From assembly GCA_031254805.1 (NCBI GenBank), contig JAIRTP010000027.1:1-63300 (forward strand): a stretch of 63,300 nucleotides of DNA, written 5' to 3'. Shown here piece after piece: positions 10,506 to 19,364 of the stretch (its first letter is position 1; the number at the start of each line of letters is the position of its first letter). Position numbers and translations under genes: made by a program. Under the pieces are notes generated by a model. It worked only from the letters and a program-made list of their open reading frames with translations, did not search any database and was not told the origin of the DNA. The DNA comes from Bacteroidales bacterium (GTDB taxonomy: Bacteria; Bacteroidota; Bacteroidia; Bacteroidales; WRLA01).

Positions 10506-10772
10506 ATGAAAACTTTATCTATTCCCCATTCTGTTTTTTATCGGATTATTACCAATTTCGTTAATTGCACAAGAAAAATTGATATTAGCCGACGACGCCC
10601 GAAACGGCAAAAAAGATACTATCTTAGATTTGAACGACGCGCTCTCAGCGATAAAAGAGACTCCTCTAAATGGCTTTCTACCGTCCCGTTTATGGATAAT
10701 GATAATTTTGCGCTTGAACCGGACAACAAATTTTCACAATATAACTTACAAGATAAAAACGTTCAAATAAAT
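10506..10772 (+). pseudogene. Degenerate 5' fragment of dpp4 (copy of 13474-13860 with an internal deletion and frameshifts)
   Basis: Nucleotide alignment with the dpp4 start. About 100 nt is missing between two GCCGCYCGAAMC direct repeats present in the intact gene (near 13568 and 13675). The signal-peptide reading frame is destroyed. Confidence 0.85.
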
Positions 10773-12278
10773 ATGAGAAAGATTAAATCATTATGTATAA
10801 TAGCGTTGCTGGTTATCGGGTTGTTTCCGACGCTGAAAGCGCAACAATCCGTAAATACGCTTTATTTTATAAAAAATAATCCGTTGCGTCACGAGTTGAA
10901 TCCATCTTTTCAGCCGCTGAGTAATTTTTATCTTAGCCTAGGAGGTAACAGCCAGTTCGGATTCTATAACAATTCGCTGGCCTTGAAAGATATGGTCCAT
11001 AAAAATAATCAAGGTGAATATATTTTCTTTTTCCATCCTGATGGAGACAAAAATAAATTTTACAATGCGTTGGAAAACAATACGCTGATAAATCTTAATA
11101 CGCAGTCCAATTTGTTTGGGTTCGGCTTCAGGACAGGGCCTTCTTATTGGACTTTCGATGCTTCGCTAAAATCGGAAGGAAATATTACAATACCGAAAGG
11201 CCTGATGAGTTTATTGCTCTACGGAACACAAGAACAAGATAAAATGAATAATTTCAATCTTGGTTCTTTAGGGATGGGCATGTCGATTTATGGGGAATTT
11301 GCGTTGGATTACTCAAGAAAAATAAACGATAGATGGACAGTCGGGGGTAGAGCAAAATTTTTATACGGAATCGCAAAGTTTTCGATGATAAATAATGATC
11401 TTCAATTTTCTGCAGGAAATATTTTGGCTGACGGAATAATATATATCGCATTGCCGGGAAATTTATATATCAGTGAAAATCTTGATTCGATCAATTATGA
11501 AATGCCGAAGAATATCGGAGAATCTTTGAAACCAAAGGGACTCGGCAGTGCGATTGATTTGGGGGCGGAATTTAAAATAATGGATCAATTAACCTTATCT
11601 GCAGCTATTATCGATATAGGTTTTATCCGTTGGAAAAATAATGCGCAAAATATCTCATACAAAACAATTATATCTAATTTGGGCGATTCTGACAGCGAAC
11701 ATTTATTCGATTCTATTCAGTGGAGCAAAGAGGGGACCGACATTAAAAAAACAATGGGTGCGTTTAACTCATGGCTTGCCCCGAAGCTGCATCTCGGCAT
11801 GGAATATGCTTTTGCAAGCAATAAATTAAGCTTAGGGTTGCTTTCAAAAACAACTGTTTATTACAAGCGCTTTTACGAAGAATTGACAGCATCATTTAAT
11901 GCCTGTCCGATAAATTGGTTTAATTTTTCTCTTTCATATTCCATTTTAAACGGACGTGTAAGCACACTCGGTGCAGGAATTGGATTGCGTACAGGATCGT
12001 TTTATTGGCTGCTTGCCGCTGATTACGTGCCGTTGCAATATCAATATGTAGATTACAAAAATCTGAGCATTCCGGTTCCTTACAATTCAAAAGCATTTAA
12101 TTGTGCCATCGGGTGTAACATCGTTATCGGAAACAAAAAAAAATCGAATAAGGGTGGAATTGCTGATAAATTTGACCTTTGTCCCGATATGCTTGTTGAA
12201 GCTTATGGATATGTTGATGAAAACAGCTGTCCGTTATATTCGGGCGAGGACGGAGCGTTTAATTATTTAGACAAATGA
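10773..12278 (+). CDS. Outer-membrane beta-barrel-type protein (DUF5723-like) with C-terminal TSP3-like repeats, apparently 3'-truncated
   Basis: Own signal peptide MRKIKSLCIIALLVIGLFPTLKAQQ. Alternating aromatic/Gly beta-strand pattern. C-terminus is DKFDLCPD...VDENSCPL...NYLDK then TGA-CCG-GAT where the repeat predicts Cys-Pro-Asp. Confidence 0.6.
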   Translation: MRKIKSLCIIALLVIGLFPTLKAQQSVNTLYFIKNNPLRHELNPSFQPLSNFYLSLGGNSQFGFYNNSLALKDMVHKNNQGEYIFFFHPDGDKNKFYNALENNTLINLNTQSNLFGFGFRTGPSYWTFDASLKSEGNITIPKGLMSLLLYGTQEQDKMNNFNLGSLGMGMSIYGEFALDYSRKINDRWTVGGRAKFLYGIAKFSMINNDLQFSAGNILADGIIYIALPGNLYISENLDSINYEMPKNIGESLKPKGLGSAIDLGAEFKIMDQLTLSAAIIDIGFIRWKNNAQNISYKTIISNLGDSDSEHLFDSIQWSKEGTDIKKTMGAFNSWLAPKLHLGMEYAFASNKLSLGLLSKTTVYYKRFYEELTASFNACPINWFNFSLSYSILNGRVSTLGAGIGLRTGSFYWLLAADYVPLQYQYVDYKNLSIPVPYNSKAFNCAIGCNIVIGNKKKSNKGGIADKFDLCPDMLVEAYGYVDENSCPLYSGEDGAFNYLDK

Positions 12279-12288
12279 CCGGATATTG

Positions 12289-12598
12289 CCTGATTTGAAA
12301 TATATATTGCCGCTATTATCAACAGGGATCAAATCCAGACGCAACTTTGTCGTTTCGACGGAGAAAACGGATTTATGACGAAAATATGTTGCTTTCTCAT
12401 CCGGGCGTTGTTAAAACATTCGCTATTCAGACAGGACGCGAGTTGAGAGTGGTTGTCGGAGCGGATAAAGTATCCGACGACGAGATTACACAACTGTCGT
12501 TCGATCCTTCTAAAAAGATACAGGATGAAATGATTTATCCCGGACAAATTAAAATTACCGTCATCCGGGAAATGCGCGCCGTAGCATTTGCGAAATAA
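12289..12598 (+). pseudogene. Chimeric pseudogene made of two dpp4 internal fragments fused to the last 198 nt of rny
   Basis: 12289-12370 matches dpp4 14299-14381. 12371-12409 matches dpp4 15239-15279. 12399-12598 matches rny 9839-10038. The joints lie in shared CGG and ATCCGGGCGTT strings. Confidence 0.9.
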
Positions 12599-12678
12599 AA
12601 GGCGATGCATTAATCGTCATTTAAAATGGGTATTATATTCTCAAACAATAAAACCCACAATAATTTCCTGTTCCGGAT

Positions 12679-12711
12679 AAAAACATCTCGTCAATGCGAG
12701 ATGTTTTTTTT
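12679..12711 (+). terminator. Duplicated copy of the rny terminator
   Basis: Same AAAACATCTCG-TCAATG-CGAGATGTTTT hairpin with a longer T-run. Confidence 0.7.
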
Positions 12712-12735
12712 ATTGAGATAATTCTTAAAATTTTC

Positions 12736-12743
12736 TACCTTTG
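12736..12743 (+). promoter_or_regulatory. Bacteroidota -7 promoter box TACCTTTG for the 12785 gene
   Basis: Matches TAnnTTTG. The paralogous box in the left repeat copy (10176-10183) reads TACCTTTA, with the invariant G lost. Confidence 0.5.
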
Positions 12744-12784
12744 CGATAAGTATTGAATACGAAACTACTTAAACGAAGTAAACG

Positions 12785-13420
12785 ATGAGAATTATATTTA
12801 TTATCCTTTTCCTTATTTCTTGTATTGCTTCTACAATAGCTCAAGAAGGAAAAGTTCCCAATGCCTTATTATCGGATTATGGATGGTTAGATGGGAATAC
12901 GGCCGTCATTTTTGGTCATCCGACCACTATGATCTATGGACAAGTAACCACGAAAAGAGAAACCGTCAGCGGATATGTGACAAATGTCGGTTACGTTTCG
13001 CTATCTCAAACATTGGAAAGCCTTGGAAAGATATGGAAAGCGACAGATAAAAGTAGCGAATATGCCAACAGGATGGCCGACAGCCTTCGAAATGTCGTTC
13101 CGGGAGGTTATGTGTATCTTTATATTGAACGTCCGATTGAAAACAGCACCAATTTGCAATATTTTTTCATTATTATTCGCGACAAAAATGATAAAACGGT
13201 TTATTCAAAATATTTTACCTACAAAGCTCCGAATATAGCCAATGGAATTGGAACATGGTGGAATTACGTCGCAACGGAAATTCCCGTTGAGTTAGAATAT
13301 CCATTTTATATCTATGTGAATGATAAGCAAAGCGAATATCTTTCTGATTTTAAATTCAGAATAGAAGATGTAACGGCGAATGGAACCGTTGAAATTTTTG
13401 AATCGACTCTCTCTAATTGA
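12785..13420 (+). CDS. Secreted protein of unknown function
   Basis: 211 aa, signal peptide MRIIFIILFLISCIASTIAQ, no recognisable family. Confidence 0.6.
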   Translation: MRIIFIILFLISCIASTIAQEGKVPNALLSDYGWLDGNTAVIFGHPTTMIYGQVTTKRETVSGYVTNVGYVSLSQTLESLGKIWKATDKSSEYANRMADSLRNVVPGGYVYLYIERPIENSTNLQYFFIIIRDKNDKTVYSKYFTYKAPNIANGIGTWWNYVATEIPVELEYPFYIYVNDKQSEYLSDFKFRIEDVTANGTVEIFESTLSN

Positions 13421-13473
13421 GAAAAAGCTCTAATTGATTTAAGTAAATAATATAGAATAAAATAAGAATTGAA

Positions 13474-15624
13474 ATGAAAAGAAAACTCTATCTACTCCCC
13501 ATTTTGTTTTTTATCGGATTATTGCCGATTTCGTTAATTTCGCAAGAAAAATTGACGTTAGCCGACGCCGCTCGAACCAATCCGAAAGTATATGCGCAAA
13601 GATTATCTTCCCTTCAATGGATGGGAAATAGCGATTTCTTTGTATATGTATCTCATAATGCGTTGGTAAAAAGCGCCGCCCGAAACGGCAAAAAAGATAC
13701 TATTCTCCGTATTCAAGATTTGAACGACGCACTCTCAGCGATAGAAGAGACGCCTCTAAATCGGTTTCCTGCCGTTCGTTTTATAGATGATGATAATTTT
13801 ATGTTTAAATCGGACAACAAATTTTTGCAATATAACTTACAAGAAAAAAGCGTTCGAATATTAAATTACCACTCAGAAAAAGGGGAAAATGTTGATATTC
13901 ATCATAAAACATCTCGTATCGCTTATACGATGGGGAATAATTTATTCATAAATATTGCTGGGAATGTCAAGATGATTACCAGCGATAAAGATCCGGGAGT
14001 CGTAAACGGACAAGCGGCGCATCGATTTGAATTTGGCATTGAAAAAGGGACTTTTTGGTCTCCGAACGGAGAAAAATTGGCTTTTTATCGAAAAGATGAG
14101 ACAAAAGTGAGTAAATATCCGATTGTCGATGTTTCTAAACGCGTTGCAGAAGAACTCCCCATTCGTTATCCCATGGCGGGAATGGATAGCGAGGAAGTTT
14201 TGACGGCGATCTACGACGTTGCACATGGAACTACCATTTTCTTAAAACCGCAACCGGACAGCTCTCCCGATCAATATTGGACGCATATTACATGGACGCC
14301 TGATTCGAAATATATTATTGCCGCTATTGTTAACAGGGATCAAAACCGGATGCAACTTTGTCGTTTCGATGGAGAAAACGGCAATTATCTCAATACAATC
14401 TATACCGAAACCAATAGCCGTTACGTGGAGCCAATGCACGATCCTTATTTTCTTCCCAACAGCAATACCAATTTTTTGTGGGTAAGTCGTCGCGACGGTT
14501 ATTCTCATTTCTACTTTATGGATATAAACGGCGGCAATTTCCGTCAAGTTACGGAAGGCGAATGGGAAGTATTGGACGTTGCCGGTTTTGACGCCAAAGG
14601 AGAAAATGTATTTTTTACCGCCACAAAAGAGAGTCCGCTCCAACGAAATATTTATAGTTGCCATCTTAAAAATGGAAAAATAACGCGTATTTCTCCCAAT
14701 CACGGAACGCATTACGCCCTGCTCAACAAAAAAGGGAATCTGATATTGGATACTTTTAGCAGTACGGATGTTCCTTACGCCGTAAAAGTTGAAGACGCCA
14801 AAGGAAAAGTCCTTCAAACTGTTTTTGAAAGTCCGAATCCGTTTGAAAATTATGAATTGGGAGAGATGACCATTGACAAGATCAAATCCGATAATGGCGC
14901 CGATCTTTATTATCGACTCATAAAACCGGTAGGGTTCGATCCGGATAAAAAATATCCTGCAATTATATATGTTTACGGCGGCCCTCATCATCAATTGATC
15001 AGCGATTCGTGGTTAGGCGGAAACGATCTCTTTCTCTTCTATTTAGCGCAGGAAGGTTATGTGGTTTTTACTTTAGACAATCAAGGTTCGGCCAATCGCG
15101 GCTTTGACTTTGAAAGCATTATACATTGTCAGGTAGGCGTTCAGGAGGTAAAAGATCAAATGACGGGATTTGCGTTTTTAAAACAATTTCCGTGGGTAGA
15201 CCAATCGAGAATTGGCGTCGACGGATGGAGTTACGGCGGATTTATGACGATAAATATGTTGCTTTCTCATCCGGGCGTTTTTAAAGCCGGATGCGCGGGC
15301 GGTCCGGTATGCGACTGGAAATATTATGAAACGATGTATGGCGAACGTTATATGAATACGCCGCAACAAAATCCCGAAGGTTATAAAAATAGCAGCCTTA
15401 TCGAACGCGCTGGAATATTGCAAGATCATTTGCTTATTATTCATGGCGACCAAGATTCGAGCGTCGTATGGCAACACAGTCTTGAATTTGTAAAAAAATG
15501 CGTCGACGAAGGTATTTTGCTCGATTATTTCGTCTATCCGGGGCATGAGCACAACGTTAAGGGAAAAGATCGCATTCATCTCTATAAAAAGATCGTCGCT
15601 TTTTTCGATTTATATTTGAAATAG
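13474..15624 (+). CDS. Dipeptidyl-peptidase IV (S9B prolyl peptidase)
   Basis: 716 aa. Signal peptide, beta-propeller N-terminal region, catalytic GWSYGG serine motif and C-terminal D...H (HGDQD, GHEH). Confidence 0.9.
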   Translation: MKRKLYLLPILFFIGLLPISLISQEKLTLADAARTNPKVYAQRLSSLQWMGNSDFFVYVSHNALVKSAARNGKKDTILRIQDLNDALSAIEETPLNRFPAVRFIDDDNFMFKSDNKFLQYNLQEKSVRILNYHSEKGENVDIHHKTSRIAYTMGNNLFINIAGNVKMITSDKDPGVVNGQAAHRFEFGIEKGTFWSPNGEKLAFYRKDETKVSKYPIVDVSKRVAEELPIRYPMAGMDSEEVLTAIYDVAHGTTIFLKPQPDSSPDQYWTHITWTPDSKYIIAAIVNRDQNRMQLCRFDGENGNYLNTIYTETNSRYVEPMHDPYFLPNSNTNFLWVSRRDGYSHFYFMDINGGNFRQVTEGEWEVLDVAGFDAKGENVFFTATKESPLQRNIYSCHLKNGKITRISPNHGTHYALLNKKGNLILDTFSSTDVPYAVKVEDAKGKVLQTVFESPNPFENYELGEMTIDKIKSDNGADLYYRLIKPVGFDPDKKYPAIIYVYGGPHHQLISDSWLGGNDLFLFYLAQEGYVVFTLDNQGSANRGFDFESIIHCQVGVQEVKDQMTGFAFLKQFPWVDQSRIGVDGWSYGGFMTINMLLSHPGVFKAGCAGGPVCDWKYYETMYGERYMNTPQQNPEGYKNSSLIERAGILQDHLLIIHGDQDSSVVWQHSLEFVKKCVDEGILLDYFVYPGHEHNVKGKDRIHLYKKIVAFFDLYLK

Positions 15625-15645
15625 ATATGGCCGAAAAGCAATGAT

Positions 15646-17019
15646 ATGAAGAATAAATACCTGATAGCGTTATTATTAAGTTTTATTTTTTGTCATACTG
15701 CAAAAGCGCAGCAGATATTTGTACGCGGTTATTTGTTCGACGCTTATACAAATCAAGCAATATCGGGGGCCAATATCTTTAATTTGTCCAAACAAAGTTC
15801 TGCCCCTTCTTCCATCACCGATGAAGAAGGTTTTTTTGAAACGTTATCGTTTCCATTTGATACGCTGATCGCTACATGCGGAGGATACCATTTTTACTCT
15901 TTCAAAATCAATCAAGAAGAGTTTTCCGATACGCTTTATATTCCTCTAACGCCGCAATTCTTTGAATTGGGGCAGGAACTTTTTGAAAAAAAGATCGTCA
16001 AAATATATCAGGATCAAAGATACCATATTATTGATTTTTTTGTGGTTGAAGAGAATATTATTGTCATAGGAGCCGATTATACCAGAAAAAAATATTTTAT
16101 ATGGTATTTAGACCGATCATTTACAAAAACGGCCGAATTGATATTTGATACGCCGCGGCTTTATGGTTGTTATAAAGATTATCTGGGAAATACCTACCTT
16201 ATTAAGGATAATAAAAAGATCTTTCAATTTCGAAAAAAAAGAAAGACTTTTACCTTTAAAGAATTGATTAACATTGATCTCGACATTTTTCTTGCAAGAA
16301 TGGAAATGCTCCACTTTCAAGATAAAAAGAGGACGTTTACAACTATGTATTACGATTTGGCGGGATTTTCATACGCTTGCAATATCGGATATTTCACGGA
16401 TAAAAATTATGAATTGCGGATTTTTAACAATATACATAGCGAGAAAATTTACAACGCGATTGATTCGATTATTGCGTCGCATTGGAGTTTGGATCATTGG
16501 GAACCTCATTTGAAACCTTACGCAGTCTATGCGCCCATTTTTCAATTACCGCGTAATATTTTAGTTTTTGATTGCGTCAACGCTCAAATTTATCTATACA
16601 ACAAAAATCTAACGCCCATTGATACTATTTACGTTCCTTCTTTAACGCCGCTTGGCGACGATCCGTTTACAGCGCATCCAAAATGGATATTTGCAGGTAA
16701 AATCATCCAAGATTGCGATAAATTCTATGCGCTTTATCACAACAATGGAGCAAGTCGTTTCAAACTTGATGAAATCAACTATTTAACAGGCGAATTGGTG
16801 CGGAGCATTGATATAGAACATCCTTTTCCAACACATATACAAATTGCAAACAAGGCCATTTATTACCTCTATAAAACGCCCGAAAGTTCCGAAAAAAACG
16901 GATTATTTATGCAATGGATAGAGCCGTTGGACCTTGAAATGGAAAAGTTTGAAGAAAATGAGACCTTCGAAGAATTTGAAGAAGTTCAAAAGGAAGGTTT
17001 GCCAAATAACAAATCATAA
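15646..17019 (+). CDS. Secreted protein with N-terminal carboxypeptidase-regulatory-like domain, function unknown
   Basis: 457 aa. Signal peptide, IFVRGYLFDAYTNQAISGANIF pattern, acidic C-terminal tail. Confidence 0.55.
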   Translation: MKNKYLIALLLSFIFCHTAKAQQIFVRGYLFDAYTNQAISGANIFNLSKQSSAPSSITDEEGFFETLSFPFDTLIATCGGYHFYSFKINQEEFSDTLYIPLTPQFFELGQELFEKKIVKIYQDQRYHIIDFFVVEENIIVIGADYTRKKYFIWYLDRSFTKTAELIFDTPRLYGCYKDYLGNTYLIKDNKKIFQFRKKRKTFTFKELINIDLDIFLARMEMLHFQDKKRTFTTMYYDLAGFSYACNIGYFTDKNYELRIFNNIHSEKIYNAIDSIIASHWSLDHWEPHLKPYAVYAPIFQLPRNILVFDCVNAQIYLYNKNLTPIDTIYVPSLTPLGDDPFTAHPKWIFAGKIIQDCDKFYALYHNNGASRFKLDEINYLTGELVRSIDIEHPFPTHIQIANKAIYYLYKTPESSEKNGLFMQWIEPLDLEMEKFEENETFEEFEEVQKEGLPNNKS

Positions 17020-17213
17020 ATAAGGATTGAAATAGTTTCGACTTAATCTAACAGTTGAAGGGTAAAACAATTAATTTTGTAATGCAAAAACAAATCAAGT
17101 TTCATATATGCCATATAAAATCAATCAACAACATGAATAAATACGTTTCCCCCAAAAAAGTTAAATAATTTTTTTTATCCATTATTATCAAAAAAATCAA
17201 TCACAATTTTTTT

Positions 17214-17221
17214 TATCTTTG
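17214..17221 (+). promoter_or_regulatory. -7 promoter box TATCTTTG upstream of the tnaA leader
   Basis: Matches TAnnTTTG. Would give a 5' leader of about 180 nt. Confidence 0.45.
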
Positions 17222-17255
17222 CAAAAACATAATCTTTAAAGCTGTTAAGCGCAGT

Positions 17256-17362
17256 ATGAGTGGATTAATGGTAAAGTCAGTACTATCGACTGCACGTTAT
17301 CGTCTTATTAAAAGACGCGACGGATATAACAAATAGGATATCCGGTTTATATTTTCATTTTT
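17256..17362 (+). promoter_or_regulatory. Candidate tnaA leader: 26-codon uORF plus terminator-like hairpin
   Basis: ATG 17256 to TAG 17334-17336 (MSGLMVKSVLSTARYRLIKRRDGYNK). Hairpin CGGATAT(17321-27)/ATATCCG(17338-44) holds the TAG in its loop and is followed by GTTTATATTTTCATTTTT. Second hairpin CGTCTT/AAGACG at 17301-17317. Confidence 0.3.
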
Positions 17363-17406
17363 CTATTTATTCATTTGTTTAATATCATTTTAAAATATAT
17401 ACAGTT

Positions 17407-18786
17407 ATGGAATTACCATTTGCAGAATCGTATAAAATAAAAATGGTGGAACCCATCCGCCGCAGCGCGCGCGAAGAGCGTGAAAAATGGGTAAAAGAGG
17501 CTCATTACAATATGTTTCAATTGAAATCGGAACAAGTTTATATCGACCTGATCACCGATTCCGGAACAGGCGCTATGAGCGATCGTCAATGGGCGGGGAT
17601 CATGCTTGGCGACGAAAGTTACGCCGGTGCGACTTCGTTCTTTAAAATGAAAGACATGATCACAAAAATTACCGGTTTTGAATATGTTGTTCCGACGCAT
17701 CAAGGCCGCGCAGCCGAAAATGTGCTCTTTTCTTACTTAATAAAAGCGGGCGATTTCGTTCCGGGTAATTCGCATTTCGACACGACAAAGGGTCATATCG
17801 AATCGCGTAAAGCATTTGCTATCGATTGTACGATTGACGAAGCGAAAGATACGCAATTAGAGATCCCTTTCAAAGGCAATGTCGATCCTAAAAAACTTGA
17901 AAAAGTATTGGAAGCAAATGCTGATAAAGTTCCTTTTATTATTGTGACCATTACCAATAATACGGCGGGCGGACAGCCTGTTTCTATGCAAAACCTTCGC
18001 GAAGTGAGAGCGATAGCTGATAAATATAATAAGAGAGTATTGTTCGACTCGGCTCGTTTTGCCGAAAATGCTTATTTCATTAAAGTGCGTGAAAAAGGTT
18101 ATGCTGATAAAACCATCAAAGAGATATGCAAAGAAATGTTTTCCTATGCCGACGGAATGACGATGAGCGCCAAGAAAGACGCTATCGTCAACATGGGAGG
18201 TTTTATCGCCGTCAACGTAAAAGATTGGTATGAAAATTCGAAGAGATTGGCGATCATTTATGAAGGATACGCTACCTACGGCGGAATGAACGGACGCGAT
18301 ATGAATGCTTTGGCAATCGGTTTGGATGAAAATACCGAATTTGAGAGTTTGGAAACCCGTATCAAACAAGTGGAATATTTAGCTTCCCGCCTTGATGAAT
18401 TTGGAATTCCTTATCAACGTCCTGCAGGCGGCCATGCCATCTTTATCGACGCGCCGAAAGTGTTAACGCATGTTCCCAAAGAAGAGTTTCCGGCGCAAAC
18501 GTTGACAGTGGAACTTTATCTTGAAGCGGGCATCCGCGGATGCGAGATCGGTTATATTTTGGCCGACCGCGACCCTGTAACGCGTGAAAATCGTTTCGGT
18601 GGATTAGATTTGTTGCGTTTGGCTATTTCACGCCGCGTTTACACGAACAATCACATGGATGTGATCGCGGTAGCTTTGAAAAACGTTTACGACAGAAGAG
18701 AGCAGATAACGCGCGGTTTTAAAATTATAGAAGAAGCTCCGCTTATGCGCCATTTTACCGTAAAATTAGAAAGAGCCGGTAAATAA
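17407..18786 (+). CDS. tnaA: Tryptophanase (beta-eliminating lyase)
   Basis: 459 aa. MELPFAESYKIKMVEPIRR N-terminus typical of Bacteroides tryptophanase, PLP-lysine region SAKKDA. Tyrosine phenol-lyase not formally excluded. Confidence 0.8.
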   Translation: MELPFAESYKIKMVEPIRRSAREEREKWVKEAHYNMFQLKSEQVYIDLITDSGTGAMSDRQWAGIMLGDESYAGATSFFKMKDMITKITGFEYVVPTHQGRAAENVLFSYLIKAGDFVPGNSHFDTTKGHIESRKAFAIDCTIDEAKDTQLEIPFKGNVDPKKLEKVLEANADKVPFIIVTITNNTAGGQPVSMQNLREVRAIADKYNKRVLFDSARFAENAYFIKVREKGYADKTIKEICKEMFSYADGMTMSAKKDAIVNMGGFIAVNVKDWYENSKRLAIIYEGYATYGGMNGRDMNALAIGLDENTEFESLETRIKQVEYLASRLDEFGIPYQRPAGGHAIFIDAPKVLTHVPKEEFPAQTLTVELYLEAGIRGCEIGYILADRDPVTRENRFGGLDLLRLAISRRVYTNNHMDVIAVALKNVYDRREQITRGFKIIEEAPLMRHFTVKLERAGK

Positions 18787-18808
18787 TATTTTTGAATAAA
18801 ATTATCAG

Positions 18809-18848
18809 AATCCCAATTTGCGGCAAACGTAGATTGGGATTTCTTTTA
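18809..18848 (+). terminator. tnaA terminator
   Basis: AATCCCAAT / ATTGGGATT 9-bp stem followed by TCTTTTAT. Confidence 0.6.
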
Positions 18849-18860
18849 TAACTTTGTTGC

Positions 18861-19364
18861 ATGAAAAAAATCGGCTTGATATCGGACACGCATAGCGCGA
18901 TTCATCCCAAACTTTTCGACTTTTTTAAAGATGTCGATGAAATATGGCATGCAGGCGATTTCGGCGATGTAAAAGTTGTGGAAACCTTGCAGAAATTCAA
19001 ACGGTTGAGAGGCGTTTACGGCAATATCGACGGAACTATTATCAGGCAGATTTTTCCTCAAATAGATATTTTTTGGTGCGAAAGGATGAAAATCGTCATG
19101 ATGCACATTGGCGGTTATCCCGGAAAATATACGCCGGAAGCATTTGCAACGATACAAAAAGAACGTCCCGGCATTTTTATATCGGGACATTCTCATATTT
19201 TGAAAGTGATTTACGATAAAAAGAACAAACTACTCCATCTCAATCCCGGAGCCGCCGGAAATTACGGAATTCATCATGTGATCACAATGCTTCGTTTTAC
19301 CATTGATGAAGAAGAGATTAAAGATCTGGAAATATTCGAAGCAGAACGTTCTCATTCATTATAA
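18861..19364 (+). CDS. YfcE/MJ0936-type metallophosphoesterase
   Basis: 167 aa. Motifs SDTH, GD, GNID, GH and GS in the calcineurin-like order. Confidence 0.8.
   Translation: MKKIGLISDTHSAIHPKLFDFFKDVDEIWHAGDFGDVKVVETLQKFKRLRGVYGNIDGTIIRQIFPQIDIFWCERMKIVMMHIGGYPGKYTPEAFATIQKERPGIFISGHSHILKVIYDKKNKLLHLNPGAAGNYGIHHVITMLRFTIDEEEIKDLEIFEAERSHSL

Larger units (their letters stand above)
12399..12745 (+). repeat. Right copy of the roughly 345-bp direct repeat
   Basis: See 9839-10183. Confidence 0.9.

Noticed and set aside
10506-10772. First 89 codons of the 590-aa ORF, read as part of the OMP gene
   Set aside because: The nucleotide sequence is a deleted, frameshifted copy of the dpp4 5' end. 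The encoded peptide is basic nonsense, and a proper signal peptide starts at the ATG at 10773.
14242-14994. Long antisense ORFs inside real genes: 250 aa in dpp4, 224 aa at 41267-41941 in uvrA, 190 aa at 33782-34354 in uvrC, and about 170 aa in each of tnaA and recN
   Set aside because: The 14242-14994 ORF is codon-aligned with the sense frame, the classic stop-free shadow frame. All of these have odd composition and no start context, and each lies inside a well-supported conserved gene.
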